Shown: one piece after another, positions 53,816 to 63,180 of the stretch
Position numbering within the stretch: the stretch's first letter is position 1
How the letters are laid out: each line of letters starts with the position of its first letter
Source: a virus
Reading direction: 5' to 3' (one strand)
Length of the DNA: 64,000 nucleotides
Virus record (IMG/VR): IMGVR_UViG_3300022602_002120
Span: 124,802-188,801 of that record
The notes under the pieces: generated by a model
Told to the model about the DNA's origin: nothing
Databases searched by the model: none
What the model saw: the letters and a program-made list of their open reading frames with translations, nothing else
Position numbers and translations under genes: made by a program

Positions 53816-54679
53816 TTAGTTAATGGTTTTAATGTTTCTAAGGATGTTTAATTGTTGTTCGTTAAGTACAGGTACAACTACTTCAACTACTACAACTAAA
53901 TCACCTCTAACATTGGTATTCATTTGATACAATCCTTGACCTTGTAGGCCAAACTTCATATCATGTTGACAACCTTGTGGTATCTTAACAGCAAAATCAC
54001 GCCCATCAAGTCCATGTACAATAGCTTCTGTGCCTAACATAGCATCAATTGCGTCAACTTGTATACGTTTGACTAGATTAATACCATGAACTTCACAATT
54101 GCTATCATTGTTTACATTAATAATAACATATAAGTCGCCTCTTGTCAATGAGTCAAACATATTATCGCCCATGTTACTATATTTGATCGTAGTGCCCGGA
54201 GTCACACCACGCGGAATATCAACGTCTACATTGTAGCGATCGCCTTTGGTAGTTTGAACGCTGATTGTTTTTCGTTGCTGTACTAGGGTTTCTGATATGT
54301 TTATGTTTAATTGTACACGTAGATCTTTATTACGTCTAGGTTGATGTTGGCGTTGATTAAATGGATTAGGACCACCAAATGGATGACCACCTTGACGGAA
54401 GAATTGTTCAAAGATATCTTGGGGGCCACCGCCTCCAAAGTGAAATTCAAAGTGATTACCTTGTCCGTTGTCAAAACTACTAAACGGACTTGGATTATCG
54501 TGTTGTGCTCTTTTTTGAGGATCTGAGAGAGTTTCGTAAGCAGATTGTATCTCTTGAAACTTAGCAGTATCACCACCTTTATCTGGATGATGCTGTCCTG
54601 CTAGTTTACGATACGCTTTCTTGATTTCTGCTTCAGATGCCCCTTTAGGCACACCTAGTGTTTCATACGCATTAGCCAT
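53816..54679 (-). CDS. dnaJ: DnaJ-class co-chaperone (type II, CbpA-like)
   Basis: J-domain with HPD, G/F-rich linker, C-terminal domain, no zinc fingers. Confidence 0.9.
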   Translation of the reverse strand: MANAYETLGVPKGASEAEIKKAYRKLAGQHHPDKGGDTAKFQEIQSAYETLSDPQKRAQHDNPSPFSSFDNGQGNHFEFHFGGGGPQDIFEQFFRQGGHPFGGPNPFNQRQHQPRRNKDLRVQLNINISETLVQQRKTISVQTTKGDRYNVDVDIPRGVTPGTTIKYSNMGDNMFDSLTRGDLYVIINVNNDSNCEVHGINLVKRIQVDAIDAMLGTEAIVHGLDGRDFAVKIPQGCQHDMKFGLQGQGLYQMNTNVRGDLVVVVEVVVPVLNEQQLNILRNIKTIN

Positions 54680-54686
54680 ATTGTTT

Positions 54687-54715
54687 ATTATACAAGAAAA
54701 GTGTTATATTGTCAA
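54687..54715 (-). promoter_or_regulatory. sigma70-type promoter
   Basis: TTGACA-N17-TATAAT. Confidence 0.85.
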
Positions 54716-54720
54716 GTTAT

Positions 54721-55437
54721 TTATTTCTTACTTTTTGCGGCACGTTTAAGTTCTGCTTCGTACCACTCTTCTTCTGCTACATAGATGTCATTGAAGTGTT
54801 CATCTAGGTTACATTGTTCGTCAATTGCCTGCGGAATAGTAGCAAATCCGCGTTTGACTAGCATACTTACACCAGTACGGCGATCAACCACATTACCATC
54901 ACCATATACCATACTACCGTACGGGAATGTAACAATATCAAATGTACCATCCCATAGTTTAGTGCGTAGTTCAATAATGAATTCACGACAACCATCGATA
55001 CTCATAGTATCATGGAATACAATAATGCCTGTTTCGCTTAGTTGCGGATAGATAGCCTCGAAGTCATTTTTGATTCCTTCGTAACTATGGCAACCATCAA
55101 TAAATGCCAGGTCGATACGTGGGTGTTTGTTTTTAATTAGTTCGTGGAAACCTTTGGTTTTACTATTAATTTTAGTTAATTCAAAATTAAAGTGACCTTC
55201 GCTACGTAAATATTCTTCGCACTTCTCTTGACTTGACCAGTGTTGAAATTGATTTTGTAAACCATGTGTGTCCCAGATGTCGTATCCATATACAACTCCA
55301 TTAACACGGGCAGCACCGCGACACAAAAATGCTGTGGTTTTAGCTTCTGCCACACCCACTTCTACTACTACTTTACACTGATTAAGATAAATCAATGCTT
55401 CTAAAAACGGACTATGTTCTTCTACTGTTACAGCCAT
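54721..55437 (-). CDS. class I SAM-dependent methyltransferase (Methyltransf_24-like)
   Basis: VVEVGV, YGYDIW, DLAFIDGCHSYE, GIIVFHD. Confidence 0.85.
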   Translation of the reverse strand: MAVTVEEHSPFLEALIYLNQCKVVVEVGVAEAKTTAFLCRGAARVNGVVYGYDIWDTHGLQNQFQHWSSQEKCEEYLRSEGHFNFELTKINSKTKGFHELIKNKHPRIDLAFIDGCHSYEGIKNDFEAIYPQLSETGIIVFHDTMSIDGCREFIIELRTKLWDGTFDIVTFPYGSMVYGDGNVVDRRTGVSMLVKRGFATIPQAIDEQCNLDEHFNDIYVAEEEWYEAELKRAAKSKK

Positions 55438-55458
55438 TGTAACTCCTAATTGAATATG

Positions 55459-55498
55459 AAAAAAAGGTAAACTATATGTTATTATAGCTTACCTTTTT
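55459..55498 (-). terminator. terminator-like inverted repeat
   Basis: aaaaaggtaa...ctata / tatag...ttaccttttt after holin. Confidence 0.55.
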
Positions 55499-55525
55499 AT
55501 TTAATGCTAGTACTATGTAGCCAAA

Positions 55526-56071
55526 TTATTTTATTCTACGTACTGGGCGAGTTGGATCTACTGTTGGATCTGGATGTGGAACAGTATCTGGATCAACCCC
55601 TGCATCTACTACTGGAGCAGATGCTACTGGTGGAGTATACGGTGTTGACTGTGCATATGAATTAGCTACAGGTTGTGCCGCATATGATTGTGTAGGTGGC
55701 GGTGTATATGGCGTATTGTTATATGGTTGAGACGCCGTGCTAGCCGGTGGTTGGTACGTTGTGCCCATGCCCGGACCAAAACCTGCTGTTGTAGGAGTTG
55801 TTGTAGCACCACCTAGTTTTTCCTGTGTACGTCCGTACGCACTAATACCAATAATAGCACCCATGGCCATATGGAATAATCCACCGCCTTGTAAGGTTAG
55901 TGGTTGCCATTGGCTGGTTACTGTGCCGTGATCATGTGCTTGTAATAGACTCCAGAGCACTGGAAATCCTATAAAATCCATGAAACAGACTAGCATATAC
56001 AGCCAGCCCATCATTGGGCGCCACTTGGTGGTCATCCAATGTTCTTGTTGTTTTTCATCTTTAGTTGACAT
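55526..56071 (-). CDS. holin (3TM, GTA-holin-like) with Pro/Thr-rich tail
   Basis: KWRPMMGWLY...D, WQPLTL...FH.AMGAI.G..AYGRTQEK; lysis-cassette context. Confidence 0.75.
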   Translation of the reverse strand: MSTKDEKQQEHWMTTKWRPMMGWLYMLVCFMDFIGFPVLWSLLQAHDHGTVTSQWQPLTLQGGGLFHMAMGAIIGISAYGRTQEKLGGATTTPTTAGFGPGMGTTYQPPASTASQPYNNTPYTPPPTQSYAAQPVANSYAQSTPYTPPVASAPVVDAGVDPDTVPHPDPTVDPTRPVRRIK

Positions 56072-56097
56072 TGTCTTGCTCCTTATTGATTTTATTG

Positions 56098-56346
56098 TTA
56101 TGCCGCACTAGATAATGCAATCAGTCCTTCAATAACTGCGTACATTAATTCTTGCGTTTGTAGATCGCTAGCAGCTTCACTGATTGCTGAACTGTCTTTT
56201 AAATCATCTACTAATTCGTTGTATTCTTCAGCTGATAATTCTCCAGCTTGAAATTTTTCTTGATAATCATAAGCATCTGCGGCCCAGTTAGCCACACCAT
56301 CATTTGGGTGTGCATTTAATTGTGTAATTTGGTCTTGTAAACTCAT
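56098..56346 (-). CDS. acidic hypothetical protein
   Basis: 82 aa in lysis cassette. Confidence 0.7.
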   Translation of the reverse strand: MSLQDQITQLNAHPNDGVANWAADAYDYQEKFQAGELSAEEYNELVDDLKDSSAISEAASDLQTQELMYAVIEGLIALSSAA

Positions 56347-56744
56347 CTTGGTTTAGCTCCTATAGCTGTTTGAATTGTTGTTGCGTCTTTCTCAATTGCG
56401 GTTAATTTAAGTTCGCAATATGCTTTACTTACTTCTTTACCTGCGGCATAACGATCATTAAGTTCTACAACAATTTTAGATAACTCAGATGTCATTTTAA
56501 TTGCTGGATCGTTGTGTGGAATAGCTGAACTGTAGTTCTTTAGTTCTTCAGCGTCAAATGCTAGACTACTGGCCACAGCTGGCATACTATCTGTACCACA
56601 TTTAGCTTTGCCTAAACTAGCTAATGTTCTAATAGCATTGATTTGTGCGTATTCATTGTTGTCAAAGTGTGCTTGAAGATATGCGTCAACTAACACACAG
56701 CCGGGCAATGTTGCCAATGTCAATATTAATAATAGTTTTTTCAT
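56343..56744 (-). CDS. lipoprotein
   Basis: MKK + hydrophobic + LPGC lipobox. Confidence 0.75.
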   Translation of the reverse strand: MKKLLLILTLATLPGCVLVDAYLQAHFDNNEYAQINAIRTLASLGKAKCGTDSMPAVASSLAFDAEELKNYSSAIPHNDPAIKMTSELSKIVVELNDRYAAGKEVSKAYCELKLTAIEKDATTIQTAIGAKPR

Positions 56745-57010
56745 TTTATACTCTCATTGATTTTCTTTTGTGTATTATACCATTCAATCCAAGCATCAAC
56801 CTTAACCTGGCATTCGTGGTATTGACTGTAATTGTCTGCTACTACTTCTAATACTTCACTTAGTTTAGTCGTGCCTTCTTTAACTTCTTGTAGGCCGGGG
56901 CATGCTGTTTTTAGTGCATCTGGAATTTCTGGCCATTTAGCTGTAACTGGAATATCCTCTTCACACCCTAATAGGAACAAGAAAGGAATTAAAATTAATA
57001 AACGTTTCAT
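56741..57010 (-). CDS. o-spanin (Rz1-like lipoprotein)
   Basis: LLGC lipobox, Pro-rich segment, NY..YHEC..K. Confidence 0.75.
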   Translation of the reverse strand: MKRLLILIPFLFLLGCEEDIPVTAKWPEIPDALKTACPGLQEVKEGTTKLSEVLEVVADNYSQYHECQVKVDAWIEWYNTQKKINESIK

Positions 57011-57522
57011 TTCTTTTCTCCTTCTACTTCAACAGGCGGAATTGATAAGTTTAATTTAGGTTTCTCACCTCTTGCCGCCGCATTAAGAATAGTAATTGCC
57101 GCAGCATCTACTTTACATTCTCGGTCAATTTCTGTAGCAACTTCTTTAATAACCTGTTGAGTAACTACTTTTGTATCGTGTATTTTTTTAATCTTAGTTA
57201 CGATTTTAGTTTGTATCTGAACATTGGCCTGTTGACTTTGAACAGCTGCGGCATCTACTTTGGCCTGTAGTGCCGCTACCTTAGCACGCCATTCTTCTTC
57301 TACACCATAGCCACCTTTAAAATATGAGCCAGCTACTAGTAATACCAAGCCAATTAACTGCAATGCAAGTTTGTATGGATGCAGGCCAGTGCCCCATTTA
57401 AAGAAAGTTCTTGATATTAGTCCAGCTAATGAACCAACCACAATAGCAATAAATCCAGCTAGGATAATGATGTTAATTACTAATTCTAGAAAACCGTCTG
57501 GAAGGAAATGTAGTAAGAACAT
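57007..57522 (-). CDS. i-spanin (Rz-like)
   Basis: N-terminal TM helices, coiled coil, C-terminal Cys, immediately upstream of o-spanin. Confidence 0.75.
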   Translation of the reverse strand: MFLLHFLPDGFLELVINIIILAGFIAIVVGSLAGLISRTFFKWGTGLHPYKLALQLIGLVLLVAGSYFKGGYGVEEEWRAKVAALQAKVDAAAVQSQQANVQIQTKIVTKIKKIHDTKVVTQQVIKEVATEIDRECKVDAAAITILNAAARGEKPKLNLSIPPVEVEGEKK

Positions 57523-57528
57523 AATTGA

Positions 57529-58140
57529 TTATCCTAATAGTTGTTTGGCTTTTTCATAATGAGCACGTCGTTCATCTAAGCCAATTGTACCACCGTTAAC
57601 ACGTTTAGTCATTGCTACAATATCATCGCGATCACAAATTTCATTTAGGCCATGTGTTTTCCAAAACCACATAGCTGACTCTAGTGCGCCATCTAGGGTT
57701 TCCATATCTGCTACACAGTCATCTAAGTTCATGCCTTGACTTTGAGCAAACTTAGTATAGTTATCACGGCCAGTTAATTGAATAGCACCACGACCACGGA
57801 ATTTGTAGCCATCACCGCTTGACTCAGGGCCATTGCCCATACGATTTGCATAGATCTTGTTGGCAATTGCTTCTGGATTATGTGCGTAAGGTTGTGCTTC
57901 TGCTACTGTTGGAAAATACTTGTGGAAAATCTTATTCAGACCTTCTGCCTTATAGTTTAAGTTTTCTTTAAGGATTGTAAAGCCATTTGATTCATGTCCG
58001 CATTGTGCTAAGAAACCAGCGGCACGATTAACAGTGTTAATGTCAAACTTGTCAAACGCTGAGTTTAGCACTTCTGCTAGGTCATCTGGGTGTTTGTACT
58101 GTGGAAATAATTGTCTTAATTGATCTGCTGTTATCTGCAT
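57529..58140 (-). CDS. GH19 chitinase-like endolysin
   Basis: FLAQCGHES, ENLNY, RGRGAIQLTGRDNY, WFW, TKRVNGG.IGL. Confidence 0.92.
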   Translation of the reverse strand: MQITADQLRQLFPQYKHPDDLAEVLNSAFDKFDINTVNRAAGFLAQCGHESNGFTILKENLNYKAEGLNKIFHKYFPTVAEAQPYAHNPEAIANKIYANRMGNGPESSGDGYKFRGRGAIQLTGRDNYTKFAQSQGMNLDDCVADMETLDGALESAMWFWKTHGLNEICDRDDIVAMTKRVNGGTIGLDERRAHYEKAKQLLG

Positions 58141-58158
58141 AATTGATATCCTCTTTAA

Positions 58159-58728
58159 TTATTTTAGTCCGGCTGCTATGCGTAAGCTCTCCGTGTATTC
58201 GTTTTTTGGTGCTTTTGTATCTACTTTAACATGCGCCGCAGCTTTCATAGCATCAATTTCGTCTTGCTCGCGTTGAAATTTTTTGTTATATGCTTCCGGT
58301 GTTAATGGAATTAGTTTTCTTAACGCATCTTCACTTAGTGATAAGTTATGTTCTGATGATGATTTACGATAACGTACACGCCATTCGGTAGGATCTATCT
58401 CTGTTAGATTTTTAATATCACCTAATAAGCGCATGATCTGTTCTGGTAATTCCGGAGTACGATCTAATTCTACAAATACTAGGTAATCCCCACCTTCTTT
58501 TTCACCCGAACTAACATCCGCATCGAGAATAAAATCGTAACCTTTTTCTAAAAAGTTTACTAAATCCATGCTAGGTTCTTTACCTGACACTTTGAAACTT
58601 AGTACGCAAACATCTGCATCATCGCCCATCTTTGACTTATATTCGTCAATATGTAGTTCGTCATGAACTAGACGTTTTAAATCACCATGTTCTAGATTTT
58701 CATTTAATGTATTAGATTGTGTTTGCAT
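58159..58728 (-). CDS. hypothetical protein
   Basis: Start reassigned to MQTQSNTLNE; C-terminal ESLRIAAGLK. Confidence 0.75.
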   Translation of the reverse strand: MQTQSNTLNENLEHGDLKRLVHDELHIDEYKSKMGDDADVCVLSFKVSGKEPSMDLVNFLEKGYDFILDADVSSGEKEGGDYLVFVELDRTPELPEQIMRLLGDIKNLTEIDPTEWRVRYRKSSSEHNLSLSEDALRKLIPLTPEAYNKKFQREQDEIDAMKAAAHVKVDTKAPKNEYTESLRIAAGLK

Positions 58729-59242
58729 CATTTTCTTGGTTATCATCAAATTGTGTTGCTCGATCATCGCCTTCTTCGTAGGCATTTTCAACATCTTCTA
58801 GATCAAGTGTAGCACTTTCTAAGTCCAAACTACCCTGTTGAATTTCCTGCATTAATTTTTTAGGCATTACAATGGTAACTAACCAGACTGGCTTTTTGCC
58901 CATTTTAGGCATCTTAGTGCCTGGTTCAAAATCGTCTGGAGTTTTAACTTTAATAGGATATTCTAGTTTGTCTTTGCTGTAATAAACTTCACAGTCATAT
59001 TCCATTAGGCGTTCGCCACCGCGTGGATCTGGCATCATTCTATGCGGCCACATAAAAGTACAGGTTACAAAATACTTTTCGTAAATAGGACCTTCAACTA
59101 GTTCGCCTTCTGGCCAATGTTTAAATACATAAAGATCTAACTCGTCTAGTACACGTTCAAAGTCTAATAGACTCACTAGACTACTGTCAGTCATGAATAT
59201 ATCTTTAGTATTTTCAATTACATCTGAGATTGCTTTTGACAT
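58712..59242 (-). CDS. hypothetical late protein
   Basis: 176 aa; TAAATA at 59262-59267. Confidence 0.8.
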   Translation of the reverse strand: MSKAISDVIENTKDIFMTDSSLVSLLDFERVLDELDLYVFKHWPEGELVEGPIYEKYFVTCTFMWPHRMMPDPRGGERLMEYDCEVYYSKDKLEYPIKVKTPDDFEPGTKMPKMGKKPVWLVTIVMPKKLMQEIQQGSLDLESATLDLEDVENAYEEGDDRATQFDDNQENDANTI

Positions 59243-59260
59243 AGTTTAAAACTCTTTTAG

Positions 59261-59914
59261 TTATTTATCAATTCCGCGGGCTTGCTTAGTTTGTACACCA
59301 TGCCAAACTTCTTGATCTAACCAATATTCATCTACATGTTTAACATATTTGGCATTAGGATCAATGTCTAAAAACTTAAAGATGTCTGGGTTAGTATAAT
59401 CAACAGGGAAACATAATATTCTACTGAGGTATTGTAGATAATGCTCTCGGTGTAAAAATAGTGCTTCGTTTGACAGGAAATGTACAGGAAATTCGCCAGT
59501 TAAGAGGTTATTATAGTAATAATCTTGCGCAATTGGCGTGGTTATTTCCTTGCGTACACGTAACTGTTGTTCTGCATTAATATTCTTATCACGAGTGATA
59601 ATAGCAATCTTAACATCAACTTTTAACTTTGTAGCCTCACGTGCTAGTTCAAGTATTTTAGGTACATAGCGTTGACCGTCGTAAAAGAAAGGACAGCTAA
59701 CATTAGCCAGCCAATGGTCTGCGCCTTCAAACTGTTTAGCTGTAAGACGCTCAGGGTAGACCCAATACTCAGCAAAAGGTTCTTCGTCGCTAGGTACCCA
59801 ATACTTGTCTAGTAAACTTTTCCAGCCACCTACGTTTGGGTGTGTGCTTAAAATACGACTGAATAGATGATTGCCACTACCTTGTGGTCCTGTTATGATT
59901 AATAACCTTTTCAT
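59261..59914 (-). CDS. P-loop/sulfotransferase-fold protein
   Basis: ITGPQGSGNHLFS; paralog of 60717-61346. Confidence 0.6.
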   Translation of the reverse strand: MKRLLIITGPQGSGNHLFSRILSTHPNVGGWKSLLDKYWVPSDEEPFAEYWVYPERLTAKQFEGADHWLANVSCPFFYDGQRYVPKILELAREATKLKVDVKIAIITRDKNINAEQQLRVRKEITTPIAQDYYYNNLLTGEFPVHFLSNEALFLHREHYLQYLSRILCFPVDYTNPDIFKFLDIDPNAKYVKHVDEYWLDQEVWHGVQTKQARGIDK

Positions 59915-60720
59915 TTTAATTCCAATAATTTGTTGATCCACATATTATAATATTTGGATATATTAGTTTTGTTAAATCCAGATAGTCCTAAAACAGAATA
60001 TAATTCTCTTATTTGATTAATAGTTTCTTCTTGAGAAAAATACATGTTATTATCTACATATATTGCTCGATTATTATATTGTAGGATATTTTTTTCGTAG
60101 TAATCTAGTATAGCTGACTGCCAAATAAAATGTTCCTTTATTTGTAAATTAAATATTTGTTCCACTTCAAATTTAATAGCATCAGATAATTGATTGTATT
60201 CAATTAAATTGCTAGGGGTTGTAGGCCAATCAGCACCTTTAATCAAATTCCAGTTATCAATAAATGGATTTTTAGTTCTGTGACTAATAAAATTTTGGCA
60301 ATTTTTAAATATAATAACCTGTGCATTAGGCCATACCATTAAAAACTGATCCAGTAATCGTGTGTGATGTGCTATAATGAAGAACTTTTTGTTAGTCTTA
60401 CTTAGGGTAGATATTATAGGATAAAATCTAGCTTGTTTTATTACTTCCGGCGGATAAAACATATATTCATGACTATTGATGCCAAATAATTGCGTGCATC
60501 CTAAATCCAAATCATTCCATACAGTTTTTTGACTTATGGCATTAACTAAGTAGTCGAATTTGTCATCGGGTGTAAATTCTCCGTTAAGTTGTTGAACTAC
60601 AAACTTATCATATTGAAATACAGCATCATCGCTCAACCCCAGTGAGTTGATTAAAAATTTTCCACCAGCATTTCTAGGATAACAAACGATAACTAAATTT
60701 TCTGTATCGAAATCTATCAT
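59911..60720 (-). CDS. sulfotransferase-fold-like hypothetical protein
   Basis: CYPRNAGGKF loop resembles 5'-PSB; AT-rich. Confidence 0.45.
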   Translation of the reverse strand: MIDFDTENLVIVCYPRNAGGKFLINSLGLSDDAVFQYDKFVVQQLNGEFTPDDKFDYLVNAISQKTVWNDLDLGCTQLFGINSHEYMFYPPEVIKQARFYPIISTLSKTNKKFFIIAHHTRLLDQFLMVWPNAQVIIFKNCQNFISHRTKNPFIDNWNLIKGADWPTTPSNLIEYNQLSDAIKFEVEQIFNLQIKEHFIWQSAILDYYEKNILQYNNRAIYVDNNMYFSQEETINQIRELYSVLGLSGFNKTNISKYYNMWINKLLELK

Positions 60721-61346
60721 GGTTTATTTTTTAGAGGTTTACCTGTTTTATTGCATTCATCTAAGAAATATTCTTCAACATAATGCACATACTTGCTATT
60801 ACTGTCCTCGGCTAAAAATTCGTCAATTCTTGGGTCATTATAGGCAATTGGAATATTAAAATTAAGTGTTTTGAGGTAATCTTGACGATATAATTGAAGT
60901 AATTCATAACTGACGAACTTAGGTGCTATGAATGAATCTTTTATCGATTCCAATAACATCGGAGTGGTGTACTCTCCGCGCAGGCGTGTTTGCTGTTTGT
61001 GTAGGACATTTTGATCACGACCACACACTACTAATTCCGGGTGAATGCCAATGCGCATTAGAGTTCTAATAAACATTTCTATGTCTGGAGCCCATTTAGC
61101 ATCACCTATACCTAAAGGTACACTGATACTAGTAAAGTAGTAATCGCTTTGCGTCCAATCAAATTCTTTTAGTAAGTCTAGATTCTTCCAACACTCAGCA
61201 AATGGTTCAGCGTAGCGATGTGCTTCCCAGTAGTTGTCTAATAGACTTTTCCAACCGAATACCTCTGGATGTAAACTAAAAATTTTACTCCAAAGGTGAT
61301 TACCTGCGCCTTGTGGTCCAGTTAACACTAACATTTTTTTAGCCAT
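60717..61346 (-). CDS. P-loop/sulfotransferase-fold protein
   Basis: LTGPQGAGNHLWS, RDQN, SYE; start reassigned to MAKK. Confidence 0.6.
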   Translation of the reverse strand: MAKKMLVLTGPQGAGNHLWSKIFSLHPEVFGWKSLLDNYWEAHRYAEPFAECWKNLDLLKEFDWTQSDYYFTSISVPLGIGDAKWAPDIEMFIRTLMRIGIHPELVVCGRDQNVLHKQQTRLRGEYTTPMLLESIKDSFIAPKFVSYELLQLYRQDYLKTLNFNIPIAYNDPRIDEFLAEDSNSKYVHYVEEYFLDECNKTGKPLKNKP

Positions 61347-61879
61347 TATAGCATCTCCCATATCTCGGGTGGTATAAATCCTTCAGCACGTTCTGGATGC
61401 CACACTGTGCCCCATATAGGTAGTTGACTATGCTTAAATGCTTCAACTGTGCCGTCGTGTGGACAAGTTGCTAAGGGCATTAGATCACGGCCTAATAGGG
61501 CAATACTATTGGTATGAAAACTGTTTACGTAATCTATAGCACCATCAATTTCAATTTTGTGTGCGGTATTCTTATGTCCTTCTATAGGTTTGTTTATCCC
61601 ACCATGAGTTTCATTGATAAAAAACGCACCATGGCAAACACCTAAGATTGGCACACCTTTTAGTAAAGCAATATTATAATATATGGTTTCTGTATGAGTA
61701 CGATTAGGACTAGAGTCTCCACCTGATAAGATTAACATATCAAAATCCGTTTCGGTATTTGAAGTATTAGGAATAGGAACCACTTGATGACTATTAAGTA
61801 GCCCATGCCATCCTTGCTCTAGACAATCATAGGTAATGTTGTTGTGAACTATTTCACGTTGGCTAATAGCTATTTTCAT
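61346..61879 (-). CDS. class I glutamine amidotransferase (peptidase C26 / PuuD-like)
   Basis: LSGG, GVCHG nucleophile elbow, NSFH, WHPE catalytic His/Glu. Confidence 0.88.
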   Translation of the reverse strand: MKIAISQREIVHNNITYDCLEQGWHGLLNSHQVVPIPNTSNTETDFDMLILSGGDSSPNRTHTETIYYNIALLKGVPILGVCHGAFFINETHGGINKPIEGHKNTAHKIEIDGAIDYVNSFHTNSIALLGRDLMPLATCPHDGTVEAFKHSQLPIWGTVWHPERAEGFIPPEIWEML

Positions 61880-62106
61880 TTGAAGTATGCGAAGTAGATT
61901 AATCCAGCAATAATCATAAAGATCTGCGGAAGGAAATTAGTAATTAAACTTTTTTCATTCCATTTGAATCCTACATAGACCCAGCCACAGGCACCTATAA
62001 TTTGTAAGATACTATTCCAAGGAGTAATGCCTAAGATATGTAAAGGCATTGCGCATAGAATCATTGTTGCTGAAAACCACTTAACTATCTTTGTGTAATC
62101 TTTCAT
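61876..62106 (-). CDS. small three-helix membrane protein
   Basis: 76 aa hydrophobic, W.E.SLI.NF pattern. Confidence 0.7.
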   Translation of the reverse strand: MKDYTKIVKWFSATMILCAMPLHILGITPWNSILQIIGACGWVYVGFKWNEKSLITNFLPQIFMIIAGLIYFAYFK

Positions 62107-63110
62107 TTTCTTTCCAGTAAAGGTAAAAAGTCATGTGTATTAGTTGGGAATTCATTTAATCCCCAACATTTAATTTCAATACCTGCTAGCCTTAAATAAT
62201 ATTGAAGGAATGATTCGTCAATTAAAGTCAATTGATTCCAACTAAAATCCACAACATTAATTAAATTATATACAATTTTATGAATAAGTGCATCTTTATT
62301 TTTATATTCTTGAATTTCAATCCATTCAGAATAAATTTCATTAATTTTTTCTTCTCTAACTATTTGACGACCTGTTTTTGTAATAATCTTTTTTAAAGTT
62401 TCTTCGAAATTATCTCTGAGTTCTGAAATCTCGATCATTAAAATATTTGTAAATTTATTTTTAATATTATCAAAAATTTGATTATCGGTATTATCAATAC
62501 GTTCAAGTGGATAGTATAAACTTAGGAATTCTCTTAACTCCCAGAGTTCTAAATCATCAATTGATGATTTACCCCATTGACTTACAAATTTTGATGCACC
62601 ACTATAGATTAATGATTTTTTGATTAATTCAATCCCAGTATATCCGAATATTATATGTTTTTCTTCGGGTATTCTCTTGCTGTTTAAAAATGATATCTTT
62701 TGATTATATGTTAAATGTTTTGCAGATGATACTTTTTCTATATAATTGTTGATACCCCAGATCCAGGACCCGGTAGAAAAATAAAGAAATACAACATTAA
62801 TATTTGTGTTCACGAACTCATTCAATTCTACAGATAACAGATTTTCGTAAGATTTAGGCAATTCTAATAATTTAGAAGCTTCGTTGTTAAACGAACCTGG
62901 GTGCCCTCGCATAAACGATTGAGAATACACAAAGTGGTTAAATTCAAACTCGTTCCATGTAAAATTTCCGTAAAAATTGTGAGAACTACCGGTATTTGTA
63001 AATGGGAGAGTTTCGGAAAAATTTAAGTCAGTGAAATAATTTAAACACCATTCGATAAATGTACCATAGGCGCCTGGTGCATAGTATATTAAAGTTGGAT
63101 TGTTGGTCAT
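62103..63110 (-). CDS. sulfotransferase-fold-like hypothetical protein
   Basis: YAPGAYGTF loop, GSSH; AT-rich; resembles 59911-60720. Confidence 0.45.
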   Translation of the reverse strand: MTNNPTLIYYAPGAYGTFIEWCLNYFTDLNFSETLPFTNTGSSHNFYGNFTWNEFEFNHFVYSQSFMRGHPGSFNNEASKLLELPKSYENLLSVELNEFVNTNINVVFLYFSTGSWIWGINNYIEKVSSAKHLTYNQKISFLNSKRIPEEKHIIFGYTGIELIKKSLIYSGASKFVSQWGKSSIDDLELWELREFLSLYYPLERIDNTDNQIFDNIKNKFTNILMIEISELRDNFEETLKKIITKTGRQIVREEKINEIYSEWIEIQEYKNKDALIHKIVYNLINVVDFSWNQLTLIDESFLQYYLRLAGIEIKCWGLNEFPTNTHDFLPLLERK

Positions 63111-63129
63111 TACTGAATTTTTCCACAAT

Positions 63130-63152
63130 AAAAAAGGGACCTAAGTCCCTTT
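63130..63152 (-). terminator. intrinsic terminator
   Basis: AAAGGGAC-TTAG-GTCCCTTTTTT after ferritin-like gene. Confidence 0.8.
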
Positions 63153-63180
63153 AGTTTGAAACTTATATAATTAATTATGC

